Source of the DNA: Lama glama
Taxonomy: Eukaryota
Assembly (NCBI GenBank): GCA_028534125.1
Contig: CM052816.1
Location: 64,854,001 to 64,918,000, forward strand
Length of the DNA stretch: 64,000 nucleotides
Direction: 5' to 3'
Shown: piece by piece, positions 39,731 through 52,505 of the stretch
Layout of the letters: every line of letters starts with the position of its first letter
Numbering within the stretch: position 1 is the first letter of the stretch
Notes under the pieces: model-generated
Databases searched by the model: none
What the model was told of the DNA's origin: nothing
Seen by the model: only the letters and a program-made list of their open reading frames with translations
Translations under genes and position numbers: made by a program

Positions 39731-41147
39731 AAGTTTGTACTTGGTTGCAATTTCCTTTTTATTTTAAATAAATATTTACTTTGTATTTAATATTTTGTAT
39801 CTGTAATAGCATTTAATATTCTGTATCAAATATTCTGTATATACTCATATTCACTTTATAAAGTAGGTAGAAGACTTTCATTCACTGAACCTCTGCCATT
39901 TTACATACATAGTCAAATAAGTGAGGTGAAATTTGAGGGAACAAAATTAAATTTTAAAAATCCTTGTGCAACATGTAGCTCATTCAAGTAAACAGATATC
40001 GCTTAAGCAATTTTCAAAGCCTTGATAAGATGTCGTCAACATGATTTAAATGTGAGATTAGCTAATGTAAGTAGCAACTAGAATTAGAGCTTGTACATTT
40101 GGAGTTATGATGGAAAGCTCTTATGGATACTCTTTTATTGCCCACAAAAAGAAATATGAGAAATGAAAAGGAATTGTGTTTGCCTGTGTTTTTCCTGAGG
40201 TGCATTGCTTTGCAAGATCCTCAGGGAGCAAAAGGATAGATGAGTTATGTGAAGGAAAACTATATAGAGGATTTAATTATTTCAAAATTGCCTATTTTTT
40301 GAAACCAGGAATAACTACAGAGGCCTTTATTTAAAAAAAAAAAGGAATGTCTATTTTTCCTAGGGAAAATGGCAATAAATATAGCATATGACTATAATAA
40401 ATAATTTTGTAACCTCATTCCAAGGTCTTCATTCTGAAGAGTCAGATTATTTTTTAATTCCCATCTGGCCTCTGATTTGTTGTTTGGTTCCCTAAAGCGT
40501 AGTAGCACTGAGACCCTGCAAGGACCGAGCTCCCAGGCATATGGGATGGTCCTTTCGGCCACCTCACTTCAGCATTCAACATCAAAAATTCACTTCCATT
40601 GCCAAATTTGCTTAGATTTCACCCACATTTGCCTTTGCCATCTCAGACTCCCAGAATGCTGGAGACTCAAAGACCCTCAGAGACCATCTCTGTCACACCA
40701 TTTTACAGATGAGGAGGGAGGCCCAGGGTGGTGGAGGTGCCTTCTGATGCTCTGGCCTTTATTTGTAGAGGTGGAACCAAAAAGAACCCTGTGGCATTTC
40801 CAATCACACTTTCCTGCTTATTATCTTTTATGAGCTGGGCTGTAACACGGATTTAGAATCATTACACATGAAACCACACTTATAAAGCTCACTCTTCAGG
40901 GCCTCTGATGAAACAGCCTATTATAAAACAGCTGAGAAAAAATCATCCACAATTCTCTCAGATGTTTCTCAAAACAATTTTTATTAAAAGCAAATAAAAT
41001 GAGACAGAGACAGCCAGACACACTTTTTCAAATAAGGATTTATGTGATTTATTGGGTTTAATTCTCGGTTTTATTTTAGCCCCACTTTGGTACATTTCAT
41101 AAAGGATAGTGGCAGAGTGAAAGCCACTTTTAAAAGGCAATTTTCAA

Positions 41148-41820
41148 AACAGCTTTATTAAACAGTTCACATTTAAATTTAAAGTGTACAGTTCGCTTTT
41201 TTTAAAGCATATTCACAGAATTGTGCAAACACCACCACAATCTAATTGTAGAACACATTCATCACCCCGCAAAGAAACCCCATATCTATTAGCAGTCACT
41301 CCCCATTCCTACCCACCGCCTTCCCCCAGCTGGAGACAACCACTAATGAACTTTCTGTTGGTATAGATTTGTCTGTTCTGGACATTTCATACAAATGGGC
41401 TCATACAATATGTGGTCTTTTATGGCTCGCTCTGGTTTCTTTCACTCAGTATAACACTTTCACATTTCATCCATGTTACGGCATATGTAAATACGTCATT
41501 CCCTTTTATGGCTAAATAATATTCCATTGTATGCATAGACCACATTTTATTCATACATTCTTCAGTTGGTGACTGTTTGGCCAGTCTCCACCTTTTGGCT
41601 ATTATGAATAATGCTGCTATGAACATTTGTGAACAGGTTTTTGTGTGGCGTATGTTTTCATTTCCCTTGGGTATTTACCTAAAAGTGGAACTGCTGGATC
41701 CCATGGTAACTGTACATTTAACATTTTGAGGAGCTGCCAGACTGCTTTCCAAAGTGACTGCGCTGTTTTACAGTCTCACCAGCAGTGCATGAAGGTTCCA
41801 ATTTCTCCACATCTCAGAAA
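41148..41820 (-). mobile_element. L1MB-like 3' region
   Basis: Minus ORF 41420-41626 MFIAALFIIAKRW...CMNKMW...HTMEYY is the L1 ORF2p C-terminus; typical 3' UTR follows. Confidence 0.85.
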
Positions 41821-41973
41821 CAAATTTTACACTTTTAATTGGCAAACATTCAGTTATTTATGGAGCATCTCCCAGGTGAAAAGTTCTTTTGAGATGCTGT
41901 AATTTTTGAAATACTATCAATTCATTTGTGGAAAAACTTAGAACTTTTCAAAAGATTTCTTCCTGAAGGGAAC

Positions 41974-42644
41974 TACATCAGTCAGTTCCCAGTGAGGAGA
42001 CAGAAATTACACCAGAAACTTGAACAGAGAAAATTTAACATAAAGAATGATTAACTAGTAAAATATAATCAACTACAAAAGGGGTAAATTAAATGCAAAA
42101 GAACACAGGAGTAGCAAATGTAGGGAGCAAATACCCTTCCAGGGCCTAGGAAGAATACTCAAGGAAGGAATAAATTTGAGGAAGGGTCGCCCTGCCCTCA
42201 AGGCTGAGGTCCAGACTTTGTTGGGGAGGGAGAGGCTATAGCCAGGGGTGGTGAGCAGTGAGCTGTAAGAGTGCCTACTAGGATCTGGCAAAACCTCTGG
42301 GAAGGTAGGTCCCATTGGCATGGCGCCCACCATGTACTGTTGGCAAGCAAGCTGCCTACTGGGCTGAAAGTGAAACTCAGTAAGAAGCCCTTACTGGGAG
42401 CTGGTGACACTCCCTGGTGGGGGGTGCCACTGAGTCTCTCACATACCACTGGTGGCATGCTACAGGAGCAAGAAGGACCAGGAAGAATGAAGAAGGAAGG
42501 TTCCTTCCTCTGCTATACCTTACAGCACCCCTCCAGCACTCTACCAGCAAAACATACCAGCTGGCAAAGAAGTGTTTACAAAGTCCAGATTAGGACGAAG
42601 AAAGGTGGATTTGGAGTTGAGAGGCGATAAACCAATAACTGGCA
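41974..42644 (-). mobile_element. 3' LTR of an ERV-L element (LTR52-like)
   Basis: On the minus strand a PPT-like aggagttgac (42645-42654) directly precedes TG; far end reads tacatcagtcag...ggagacagaaattacacc...aatttaa on +. Confidence 0.65.
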
Positions 42645-45400
42645 GTCAACTCCTGCGGCTACTTATTGTCCACACGCATCCTGTTACACATATTATTGGA
42701 ATTTTCGTGCAACACACAAAGCTAACTCTACTCCCAAAGAAGTGCAGATGTTCTCCTCTGTCCCCGCTAATGAGGAGACCCATTTTGGACAGTCATTTAT
42801 ATCCTCTGATAGTGGTGTTACTTACTCTTCACATTTGGTCACAGTCCCATCGAATATTCTCTTCCTAAAGGCTAAATTGCACAGTTTGCATTCAGCAACT
42901 TACATGTAAAATAATGAAGGGAAGAAAGAGAGGGAAAAAAGAATATGGTTAATATGAACAAATACATTCATACACATAATATACAAAGATAAAATATGTA
43001 AAAAGACTGCAGTTCTCATTTCTGTAACTGACAAAGGGGCCATAGTTGATACCTATGGCTTCCTCCTTCTACTGTCTATTCTACAGCCCTCTTGCCCTTA
43101 GATGGTCAGGGTTCTATACTGGTGGAGTGACCCAAATCTTCATTTCCAGGGGTCTGAATTCTCAGTAATCCTGCCTTTAAAATTTTTTTGATTCGTAGTT
43201 CCATTAACCTTTACTATTTGTGCTGCCAAAGGATCCCCTGCATTTCAGACATGGTCCTCCCTGCCTCCATTGTGCAGGAGCACCCCAAAGTCCCCTTGGT
43301 AACCAGAATCGATCACTCCAGACAAGAGTTACCCCTCTTGCTGTCTATTGGTTTAGTGGCATAAAGAGTACAGCATGGCCTGGTGGCATTCTCATCCTAC
43401 CATTTAATGGAATCATTTTCTGTCCCTTGGTGGAAGTATTGCCTCATGAGAACTAAGACCTCCAAGCCAGCAGTGCTCAGAGTTGCTGGGAAGGGAAGCA
43501 AAAATTCTGCAAATAGATTCTCAATATTTACCTAGTGAGAATAGCCACTTTTATTTCCACACTTGTATTCCCAGATTCCTGTATTATGGCTATGAAGGAG
43601 AGAGCACCATATAAAGTCTCTGATTCAAGGCATATACATTATTCTATAAAACAGCACGCCATGTTTTCAGAGCCTTGTCTTCCAATTGGTGCTGTAACTG
43701 AGTCTTCAGTAAGCCATTCAACATTTCAATCAGCCCAGTTGTTTCTGGGTGATGGGATGTGCAATAAAACAATTTTATTAGTTGAGCCTAAGCCCATTGC
43801 TGTGCTTTGTTTGCTATGAAATCAGTCCCTTGATCAGAAGCAATGCTGTGTGGAATATTATGATGATGGATGGGCATTCTTCGAGTCCGTGGATGGTGGT
43901 TCTGGCAGAGGCATTAGGGGCAGAAGGACTGATCCATATTCAGAGTATATGTCTAGTACTGTGGGGAGAAATGCAAGAGGTTAACATGATCAAGCTGCCA
44001 CCAGGTGGCTGGCTGGCTCCCCTGGTATATGGTGCCTTATCAGGGGCTCAGTGCTGGTCTCTGCTGTTGGCCAATTAGAAAATCAGCAGTAGGGGTAGCC
44101 GGGTCAGCCTCAGTGAAGAGAAATCTCTGTTGTTGAGACTTTGCAGAGCCTCTGTCCCTGACACTGTGGTTGCAATGCTCAAGGGTCCTCTGGGTAGAGG
44201 TGGAGTGGCTGGGGAGAAGTCTCATATCAGAAAGCATGATCTTAAAGAGCCTCTTCTGTAGTAAATGCCCTTTAGTTATAAGCATCCACATGCAACACAA
44301 ACATCTTCATAATGTGCTCATTCTGAGAAGTCTATTCACAGACCTTTTCTCATTCTTTGTTGAAACTCAAGAGAAGTATTTGGCCACTAGGCCTAGAGTT
44401 TTTTCCTATTAAATCCTGTTTTCAGATCATCATTAGATCCCTGGAGCCCTTTATGGTAAATTTGTCTATCTGGCCTTTGGTGGTAAATGGCTGCCTCAAG
44501 GCTTCTGTTCCCCTGGAATCCCATCATCCCATGAAATCAGGGGTCTCATTTCAATGGCAGCTTCTTTCATGGTCACACTTGGTCTACAAGATGAGCGACC
44601 ACAGAGCTTTTCAAGGATACAGATGCTCAACTCAGTTAAAGATTTATCAATGACTTAATGAAGGGAATATAATTTGGAGGTAAGTGTACAGATCATACAT
44701 AATAAATCTCCAACATTCATATCTCCCTTAGCTTTTGTATTCCCCTGCATCTGAGCCTCATTAAACGTAGACCAGTCTTGAGACCAAGTTTCAGTTAACC
44801 AGCCACAGAAATTGTTAAATCAACTTCTAGCTGCATAAGCCAACACATTAAATCCAGAATCGCTAGTAAATAGACCCATATCAATGAATTTGATTCAATC
44901 TAATTATATTCCATCTTCCTTGTTCTAACACCCTTATAATCTACTTCCACACGTGTTCTCCAGGTTTATGCCAATATATTTAGCAAAATCTTGTAATTCT
45001 TTTGGAGAGTGAGCTATTTCCTTCTATTTTGAGCATGCTGAGAATTAGCCCTCGTTATGGGCCGGGTGGCTGCAAGAGGTAATTGTAGTGGTGGTGGGTC
45101 TAGAAGAGAATGACCATGCCTTTTCAAGCTATCTTCCCTAGAGAGATGTTATCATAGGATTTTCAATGAAAGAAAGGTCAGTGTCCTCAGACAAAGGAGA
45201 GCATGCTACTTCTACTGGTAAGGAAGACCCGGGGCACTTGGGGTTTCAGGATTGTCAATTTCATATCAATACAACCCGATGTCCTCATTTCATATTTTAG
45301 GGCTCCATCCTTTCCAAATCAGTGCCCTCACTTTTACATGAGAAACACTGAGATTGTGAATTCAACTGATGTTAAAAATTCAACAACCCACACTATTAAA
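42645..45400 (-). mobile_element. Degraded ERV-L internal region (integrase/dUTPase and gag remnants)
   Basis: Minus ORF 44040-44300 ends FTEADPATPTADFLIGQQQRPALSP, matching the ERV-L integrase motif LTKADLATATAECPICQQQRPTLSP; many stops and frameshifts. Confidence 0.8.
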
Positions 45401-46232
45401 TTTTTTGTTTGATTTTTAGCCCTATCAGTCCAGTGGCTACAATAAGCAAGAAAAAGCAAATGTCTCTTGACTTTTTCATGCTATATGATTAAATAATACT
45501 TCTTTTGGCCATTTTGATGTCTTATGTTTTAGTGGTAAGAATACTTTCCGGAGGAACACAGGATTCATTAAAAAGTTAAACAACATTCAGTTTTGTCATC
45601 GCCAATTTGCTTTGTTTTGATTTTTACGTCTTGGTGTTTTTATCTGCAAAATAAACTTTTCCTCCTGACCTCCAAGTCAGGGCATTGTGATTGTGTAAAC
45701 ACATATAGATATTGTACGTCTTCACAACGCACCGGTTCCATAATGCAATAAAAATAGGTAAGCTCAATGAAATAAAGACCACAAACGTCTCTCTGCATAG
45801 TTGAAAAGTATGCTGTGAAGATGAAGTACTTCCCTCACAGCGAGTATGACTCTCAATCCACAAATATTGGTGTTTTCCCTACATTCCGTCATAATTTCTA
45901 TTTTCAGCCCCCATTCGGCTAGTGTAGTGGAAACAGTCTCGGTCAGGCCGGGGCCCGCTTTTCCTTCTCATCCTAGTCCGGGCTCCAGGGAGCGGCGCCC
46001 ACGTCGAAGATGGTGCTTGCGCCCCGATGCAGCTGCTGGTGAATGACTGTTCTGCCAGGTGGTCCCGGGTCCTTGATCCTCCTCAGTTGCTGCTGGGTCA
46101 TTCCTGGTACCTGCCTGCAAGGCATGTTCATTTCTGGTGGTTCGTCCCACTGTGTTCATGCCACACTTCGGAGGACAGTGTCACCAAGGTTTCCTGCTTC
46201 TCTGAAGTGCAGAGGGAGCCAGCATCCCTGCG

Positions 46233-46240
46233 TGACGTCA
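46233..46240. promoter_or_regulatory. Full palindromic CRE (TGACGTCA) in a CpG-enriched patch
   Basis: Exact motif; about 17 CpGs in 45915-46245 against a CpG-poor background. Function not shown. Confidence 0.3.
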
Positions 46241-48597
46241 GGCGTAGCCTCTCTTTTCCTGCAGACTTATCATCCAGGGACCCTCCTTTTTAGGTCACTC
46301 CTCTCCCCAGGCTCTGTTCCCCTCTAGTCCCCTTTTCTTCTGGGGTGGTGGTAGGGTGAGGCACAAAATTGTTTTCCTTTTTCGTTTGTCTCAGATACTT
46401 TGTAAAGTCCTCAGTTCATTTTTCTCAGCCTCAAGGGCTTATTTCTCACGCCACCGCCCCCACCCCTGCCCCTATGCAAAAATCAATTCCAAGAAGTCTC
46501 ATAGGCCTTGTCTACTTTCTGCCTCAATTTACCCCTAATGAGCAAAGAGCTGACATTCTGCTTGTAAAGGGGAGGATAGTAAAAAATGAACAAAACGTCG
46601 TATCTCACAACTCTTTTCCCACCTTTTAATAACTATTGATAAATCCTAAAAATTGCTGCCTATTTGAAGGTTGACCAAGTAATTAAATTCTAGCAATTAT
46701 AAATTATATATTTATTACATAATGTAATATGTGTATTATGAATGTCAATATCTGTGGCATAGATACACATTGTAACTGCTTCCTTTAAAGCCCTTTCTCT
46801 TGAACTTTCAACATTTGAATTGGATTCAGAATACAGAACAAGCACATCTCTTAAAAGTGTCAGACATGCTAGATTTCTTTCTCGGCTCCCATGTTAAAAG
46901 TAAACACAACATAAAACACCCATGAAATTTTAGACGTTAAGAATATGTTTTATATAGTTTATGTTAAAAAAATTTCTGAGTTATACAAACTTGTAGATTA
47001 TAAACAAGTTACGGTCATTTGGGGAGGGGAGGAAAGCAACTGGCAGATTCAAGAATTTATACACAAAGTAGGTGTACACATAAAGTGCAGCCTTCTTGAA
47101 ACAGCCAGAGTTTCAAGTCTAAACCTCCAGAGTAATTTATTTGAAAACTTTTCAAATATCATGCAGGAATACATTCAGAATATGCAAAATGATCCAATCT
47201 GGTTTGATTATCTTGAATTGGCAGACAGGTCGAGAATTTAACAAAAGCCAAAACAGGAGGAAGTGAAGTGCACTCACTGTGAACGTGGCCTTTTCCCATT
47301 TAAAAAAATGATGATAGTTTCTGCTATTTTGAGAACTGTGAAGTGGGAGAAGCAGATCAATCTTCCATACTTTGAAAACAGGATTTTCCTGGCCCCACAT
47401 CTCCCTCCCTACTCGCTCCTACGTCTCCCTCCCTACTCACCCCCAATTCTTTAAAAAGGAAGAAAAAAAAATCCCTTCCTACCTCTCTTCCAGAACAATT
47501 TCATAATTGTATTTGCCGAACATTTAAGCACGGATGTGATAAGCTGTGCAAATAACTTACTGTGTGGTGGCATGAAATGACTGAGAAAGTAGCTGTGTTT
47601 TCTAACGCTTGTTTGTTCCCCATCTTTATTCTCCATCCCTGCTAGTTGAGGGTAGCGAGAGGGTTCTGTGTGGACGTCTGAGTTCCCCTTTCTCCAGGAG
47701 AGAGTTAAGAGGCTTTTGTTGTTCGGCCTGTGCTCCTGGAGCTGCTGCACTGGACTGATGCTGGAGGAGAACTGGAAAGTTGAAGGGGAGAAACTGCACC
47801 ACGGAGGATGTTAGAATGCTGGGATCCCTGGTGGTCGTGGGAGACCCTGGCTTCAGAGTTGGGGCAAAGACTTCAGTGGTGGGGTGGATCCTGTGAATCA
47901 TGGAATAAGCCAGTTTGATTGCATAATATACTCCAAGATTCTGCAATCAAGATAGAGGACCAGACCAGAGACCCTTCTCAAAATGGATTACAAAGCCCCA
48001 GTGTTCTTATGTTGGTGGGTGGAAGTATATGGGGGTCTGAACATGACTGAGATTAAACTTCCTGTCAGTCCTAGTGGGAGAAGTCTCATACACTTGGAAT
48101 TAGATTTGGAAAAGTCAAGAAATATGACATTTCGTGGACCTGGGAGTTGTGGAACAAATCTATACCCATTACATTTGTTTCAGAAGCTTAAGCAGTAGAT
48201 CCTGCCTTCTTGCTATATTTACTCTACACGTGTAACCAATGCAAGGCCATGTCAGCTTCCCTCTTGGGCCAGAAGATTAGGTTCTATAAAGAGTTAAGGA
48301 ATGTCAACAATTTAACACAAGAAATGTTTACTAACTACTTTGTTAGCCTAGTAGGTACTACCTGCTAGGTACTATGAGTATGAGGAAAAATGTGTGATAT
48401 CTGCCCTTGAGGAAGAAAGAACAACCTAAAGCACTTATAAATTAAATCTATAAAGTATTAATGACATCAGTAAAAAATCTGTATTATGGGTGTGCCAGGG
48501 CTGGGGCCGGGAGGGCCATCTCAGAAAGCAGTGCAAAACCATACGTCTTCACTCATGTTTCATGAGGAGGAAGAGACATCTTTAGACTCAAGAATTG

Positions 48598-48735
48598 TTT
48601 TTGTTTTTGTTTTCTCCAGGCAGTGGTAATTAGGCTTGCTTATTTATTTATTTTTTTCATGGAGGTACTGGGGATTGAACCCAGGACCTCGTGCATGCTG
48701 GGTTTGCACTCTACCACTTGAGATATACCCTCCCC
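48598..48735 (-). mobile_element. tRNA-Ala-derived camelid SINE
   Basis: atggaggtactggggattgaacccaggacctcgtgcatgct...tataccctcccc; imperfect TSD ttagac(t/c)caag(g)aattg. Confidence 0.85.
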
Positions 48736-49430
48736 ATTAGACCCAAGGAATTGGAAGAGAATGGATAGAAATCTTGTTTCTGTTCATCTTCAATGTCAGT
48801 TTCCCCATTATAAAATCTGTTCATATGAAAAGCAGTTTAGTATACAAGGAATCAGCAAGGTTGTTTATTATGAAAATCTGGAGACAGGTACAGATGAGGC
48901 CAATATTCTAAAGCTCATGGAATTTGTTAAATATTACTTAGAAAAAGAAATAGAAGATCATAACTTAAGAAAAAATATAAATTACCCTAGGAAGAAAGGG
49001 AAATCAGAAATCTCGAAGGTTTCCTTGGAGAAAATCAGGTCTGTAGTTCCAACCCAGTCAAACGATATTGGTTGAAAGCGTTCATGTGCTCTGTGCTAGA
49101 GAAACAAATGAATATCAGCCTTTCCAAGGACAATGATAGGAAATAATCCTCTAATTATTTTCAACTAGAAAAAAAATAAATTCAACAGCCCACACTACTC
49201 AACAGCCCACACTGTTCTTCAAGCCACTATCTCAAACCTTTTTCTCCATCTTTTAGATTTAAATTATAAACTTCTAAAAAATGGCAAAGAGAGATTTTTT
49301 TTCTGAAAGTTTTGTTAATGAATGGATTCCTTTTGATCGAAGTCCAGGCAGGAGAAAAGATAATGAGAGAAACTTAGTGGACAAGCAAAACAGAGACTAC
49401 AATGTTTAAGAATTAGCTAGAAATAGTGTC

Positions 49431-49588
49431 TTTTTTTTTTTTAATTGAAGTATAGTTAGTTACAATGTGTCAATTTCTTGTGTACAGCACAATGTCCTAG
49501 TCATGCATATACATGCATATATTTGTTTTCATATTCTTTTTTATTAAAGGTTATTACAAGATATTGAATATAGTTCCCTGTGCTATAG
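49431..49588 (-). mobile_element. L1 3' tip
   Basis: Poly-T then aattgaagtatagttag...tacaagatattgaatatagttccctgtgctata; atagtgt on both sides. Confidence 0.8.
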
Positions 49589-52339
49589 TGTGTTGGTGTC
49601 ATTCGAATCCAAGACAGCCAGAGCACAACAGCGGGGGGATCTGTGCAGTGCATTTCTCAGCAGAGAATAGAACTCTGTAAAGCCTAGGGCAAAGAGCCTC
49701 TAGGAGAGGAGGAACGCATGGAAGGGCCCTCATTGCTGGGAGAGCCTGGTCTAGTCCTGGGACTGCACTTAGTTCTGTGAGGCCTCGGGCAAATCATTTA
49801 CCTCTCTGGGCCTTCACTCCCTCATCTAAAACTGAAGACCCTGGATTAGGCCCTCCCTCAAGTCCTAAGATTTTTAAAACTCAAGAGCAAGCACATATTA
49901 ATATGGTACCAGGTAGCCTGTGTCCTACCCTTTGCAGGTAGGACAGGTATGACTTACGTGTATTTGTCTCTAGTCCAGAAGTTTGCATGTTCACTAAGAA
50001 AGAATTGGAAGGATTCAGAGCAATAGGATCTATTCTTTGTTACATGGCAACTCTTGGCCAGAAAATAGAGAAGCTTACTTCAAAACTGCCATCTGGTGTT
50101 CGTGTGGGGGTAGGATGCTGGAGAGAGGAGGATGTCCCAGGGGATCAGGTGAGGGGGTTGCTGCGACATCTGAACCAACTGAGGAGCCTTAGAGGTGTGA
50201 ATGATGACTTCTTCCTTCATGTGGCCATGATTTTCTCTTGTTTTTCAAAAAGTATGAATTGGATCATTGTTTTGTCCTGTGGAAAAAAGAAAATTAAGGG
50301 AAAGTGCTTCCCAAAACTAATAGCAACATATATCTCAGGACTAACTACTATTTTTTAGAAAACTGAGAGAAAGCGGCCTTGCTGTATAAAGAATGGAAGA
50401 TGCACGTATCATCTGGGGAGAAAAGAGGCTGTTATTCTGTCCTATCCACATACACAGTTTTGCTATAAAGATAACAGAAAAGTCAAGCCTTTCAAAAAAA
50501 GACTGCATGGGCACTGGAGGTAAGGTTACACATAAGCAAAATCTGAGTTTGTTTCAGCTACGTTGTCCCTATTGAGGTCAGAGAACAGTCAAGAGGGATT
50601 GGTGGGCAGAAAGCCAAATGATTGACAGGTGTAGAGTTACAGAAAGAGAGTGATGATCTGTGTTATAAGCTGCTGACATGACTGGGGATTGACCACTGGG
50701 TTGAGCAACGTGGGGGACATCGTGGCCTTGATACAAATTTTTCTCTGGTTAGAGTGGGTTGTAAAGAGAACAGACCAAGAAGTAGAGACACCAAGCGAAG
50801 ACAACTCTGGGAAGACTTGTTAACCATTTGTTATTATACCAAGTGAATTGTGAAGGAGAATTTTATGGCCAGAGGAAAGCCTTCTTTGAGCTCTGGTTGT
50901 ACTTGCTTTGATGCCAGGGAAAGTTAAGGTCATTTGTGACAAAGTCAAGGTCGTTTGTGATACAATTATTCAGGAAAGTGGCTTCCTAGAAAGTTTACAC
51001 TTTCTTCAGAGGTAGTCAGTTTCTCTCATTTGAGTGTCTCTCCTTTCTATAACAAGCTGGACTGCGATGCAAAAGCAACCTAATGAAAGTTCCTTCCCCT
51101 ATGAACTTGAGATTTGTATATATTGAGTATACTTAACAAGTGCTGGTTGGCTTGATTTGGTGCTGGGCAGGCTCCCACAAAGAGAGCAATTCAGACTTAT
51201 TACCTCTCCACACTTGACTTTCTAGCATTAGTTTCTTGAGAGCTTCAGGGAGTGTCTGGGAACTCCTCTCGCTCCCCCCTTGCCATGTAGTGACCCTCGT
51301 CTTAGAACAAATTGACTTACCGCGTTGGGGGTGGGGGGCAGCAGAATGAAGTCATTGTTTTGCTTCAGTGTCTGCTTTTCTCGAAGGACTTCCACCATCA
51401 GGGAGTCTATATTTTTAGAATTAGCATGTGCTGCTTCAATGTTGTGAACATTCATTTTAAACCTACTATATTTAGTGAAGGTTTAATTATCCAAGTAGGG
51501 AAACTAGTTTCAAGCCATCACCTTTCATTCCTAGCTCATCAGAACAGTCCCCAGCAGCTGAGAATGGCAATTTCAGCTACACCTGCTGAGGACAGCAGAC
51601 AAGAAAACTTCCACTGCTGGAGTTCAAGGTGAGCAACTGGGGAAGCCATTCCTCCCACTCCTGTTCCAGCCCCGCCACTCTCACTGGGACCTTCCTCTGC
51701 AACACACCCTCTGTGGGCAGGTTCTGGTGGTGCTGGGTGTCAGCTCCAGTGCATGGGAAATGTTGTCCCCTCCTACGCAGCAATCATGATTGGATTTTCC
51801 AAAATAACACTCAGGTAACAGGATCTCTGTGCCATTTACAAGTACATAAGATGCTGGGGAACTGTGCTCTGGATGAGATTCTTGGGTTTGTCGTGGATGC
51901 CATTTATTCTTTCCTCCCTTACTTCTTCTGACTGGGTCTTTTCCAAAGCCATGCCTGGGGATGAAGTTGGGCCAGTCAGAGGGCTGGGTTGAGGAGTTCC
52001 AGGCTGCGGCAGGCATGGATGAATTTGATGCAAGAAGGTGGCAGGTGGGAGACTGGGAAGGTACCAAGCGGCACAAAAAATGCCCCAAGACACAAACATT
52101 ATATTTTGCACTTTCATTTACTCATTCAGCAAATATTTATTGACTGGTTGTGGGAAAGCCATGGAGCCTGGCACTACTGGGGAAGGATACAGATGAGTAG
52201 AAAAAATTATCCTAATAAATGTATCATTACAAAACGAGAGCTCAGAGAAAGAGGAATGTTTTATGAGTGTGTAACAAAGGGACCTGAGGTGACTGGGTCA
52301 GCGAAGGGAGGTGATGCTTGAGCTGAGATCTGCAGAGGA

Positions 52340-52505
52340 GCCTCCCACATCTCTGTGCATATGCATCACCTGGGGATCTTTTAATGTGGTGTCCTGTTGT
52401 GGGTCAGGAGTCTGAGGCAGGGCAGGGCCTAAGATTCTGCATCTCTAGCCAGCTCCCACATGATGCTGATGCTGCTGGTCCATGGATCCCGTTTTGCAGA
52501 CCACA
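52340..52505. mobile_element. MER5-like hAT MITE, next to an L2 fragment (about 52115-52330)
   Basis: atcacctggggatcttt...aagattctgcatctctagccagctcccacatgatgctgatgctgctggtcc. Confidence 0.65.

Larger units (their letters stand above)
36125..39850 (+). mobile_element. Fragmented Zaphod-like hAT-Tip100 DNA transposon, interrupted by SINEs, MLT1, MER58 and L1
   Basis: Recalled similarity at 36400-36480 (ggccacaggcacttttggaatc...gttgaattgg...agtttgggtt) and 39430-39590 (aatcattgtcatatga...cagctaaaa...gtgtcaggcagctaattaataaaaa). Continuity between the pieces is inferred. Confidence 0.5.

Noticed and set aside
48761..49075. 104-aa ATG ORF with charged, protein-like composition
   Set aside because: The composition is explained by A-rich sequence; I recognise no homolog or splice context. 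A BLASTP/tBLASTn hit would be needed.
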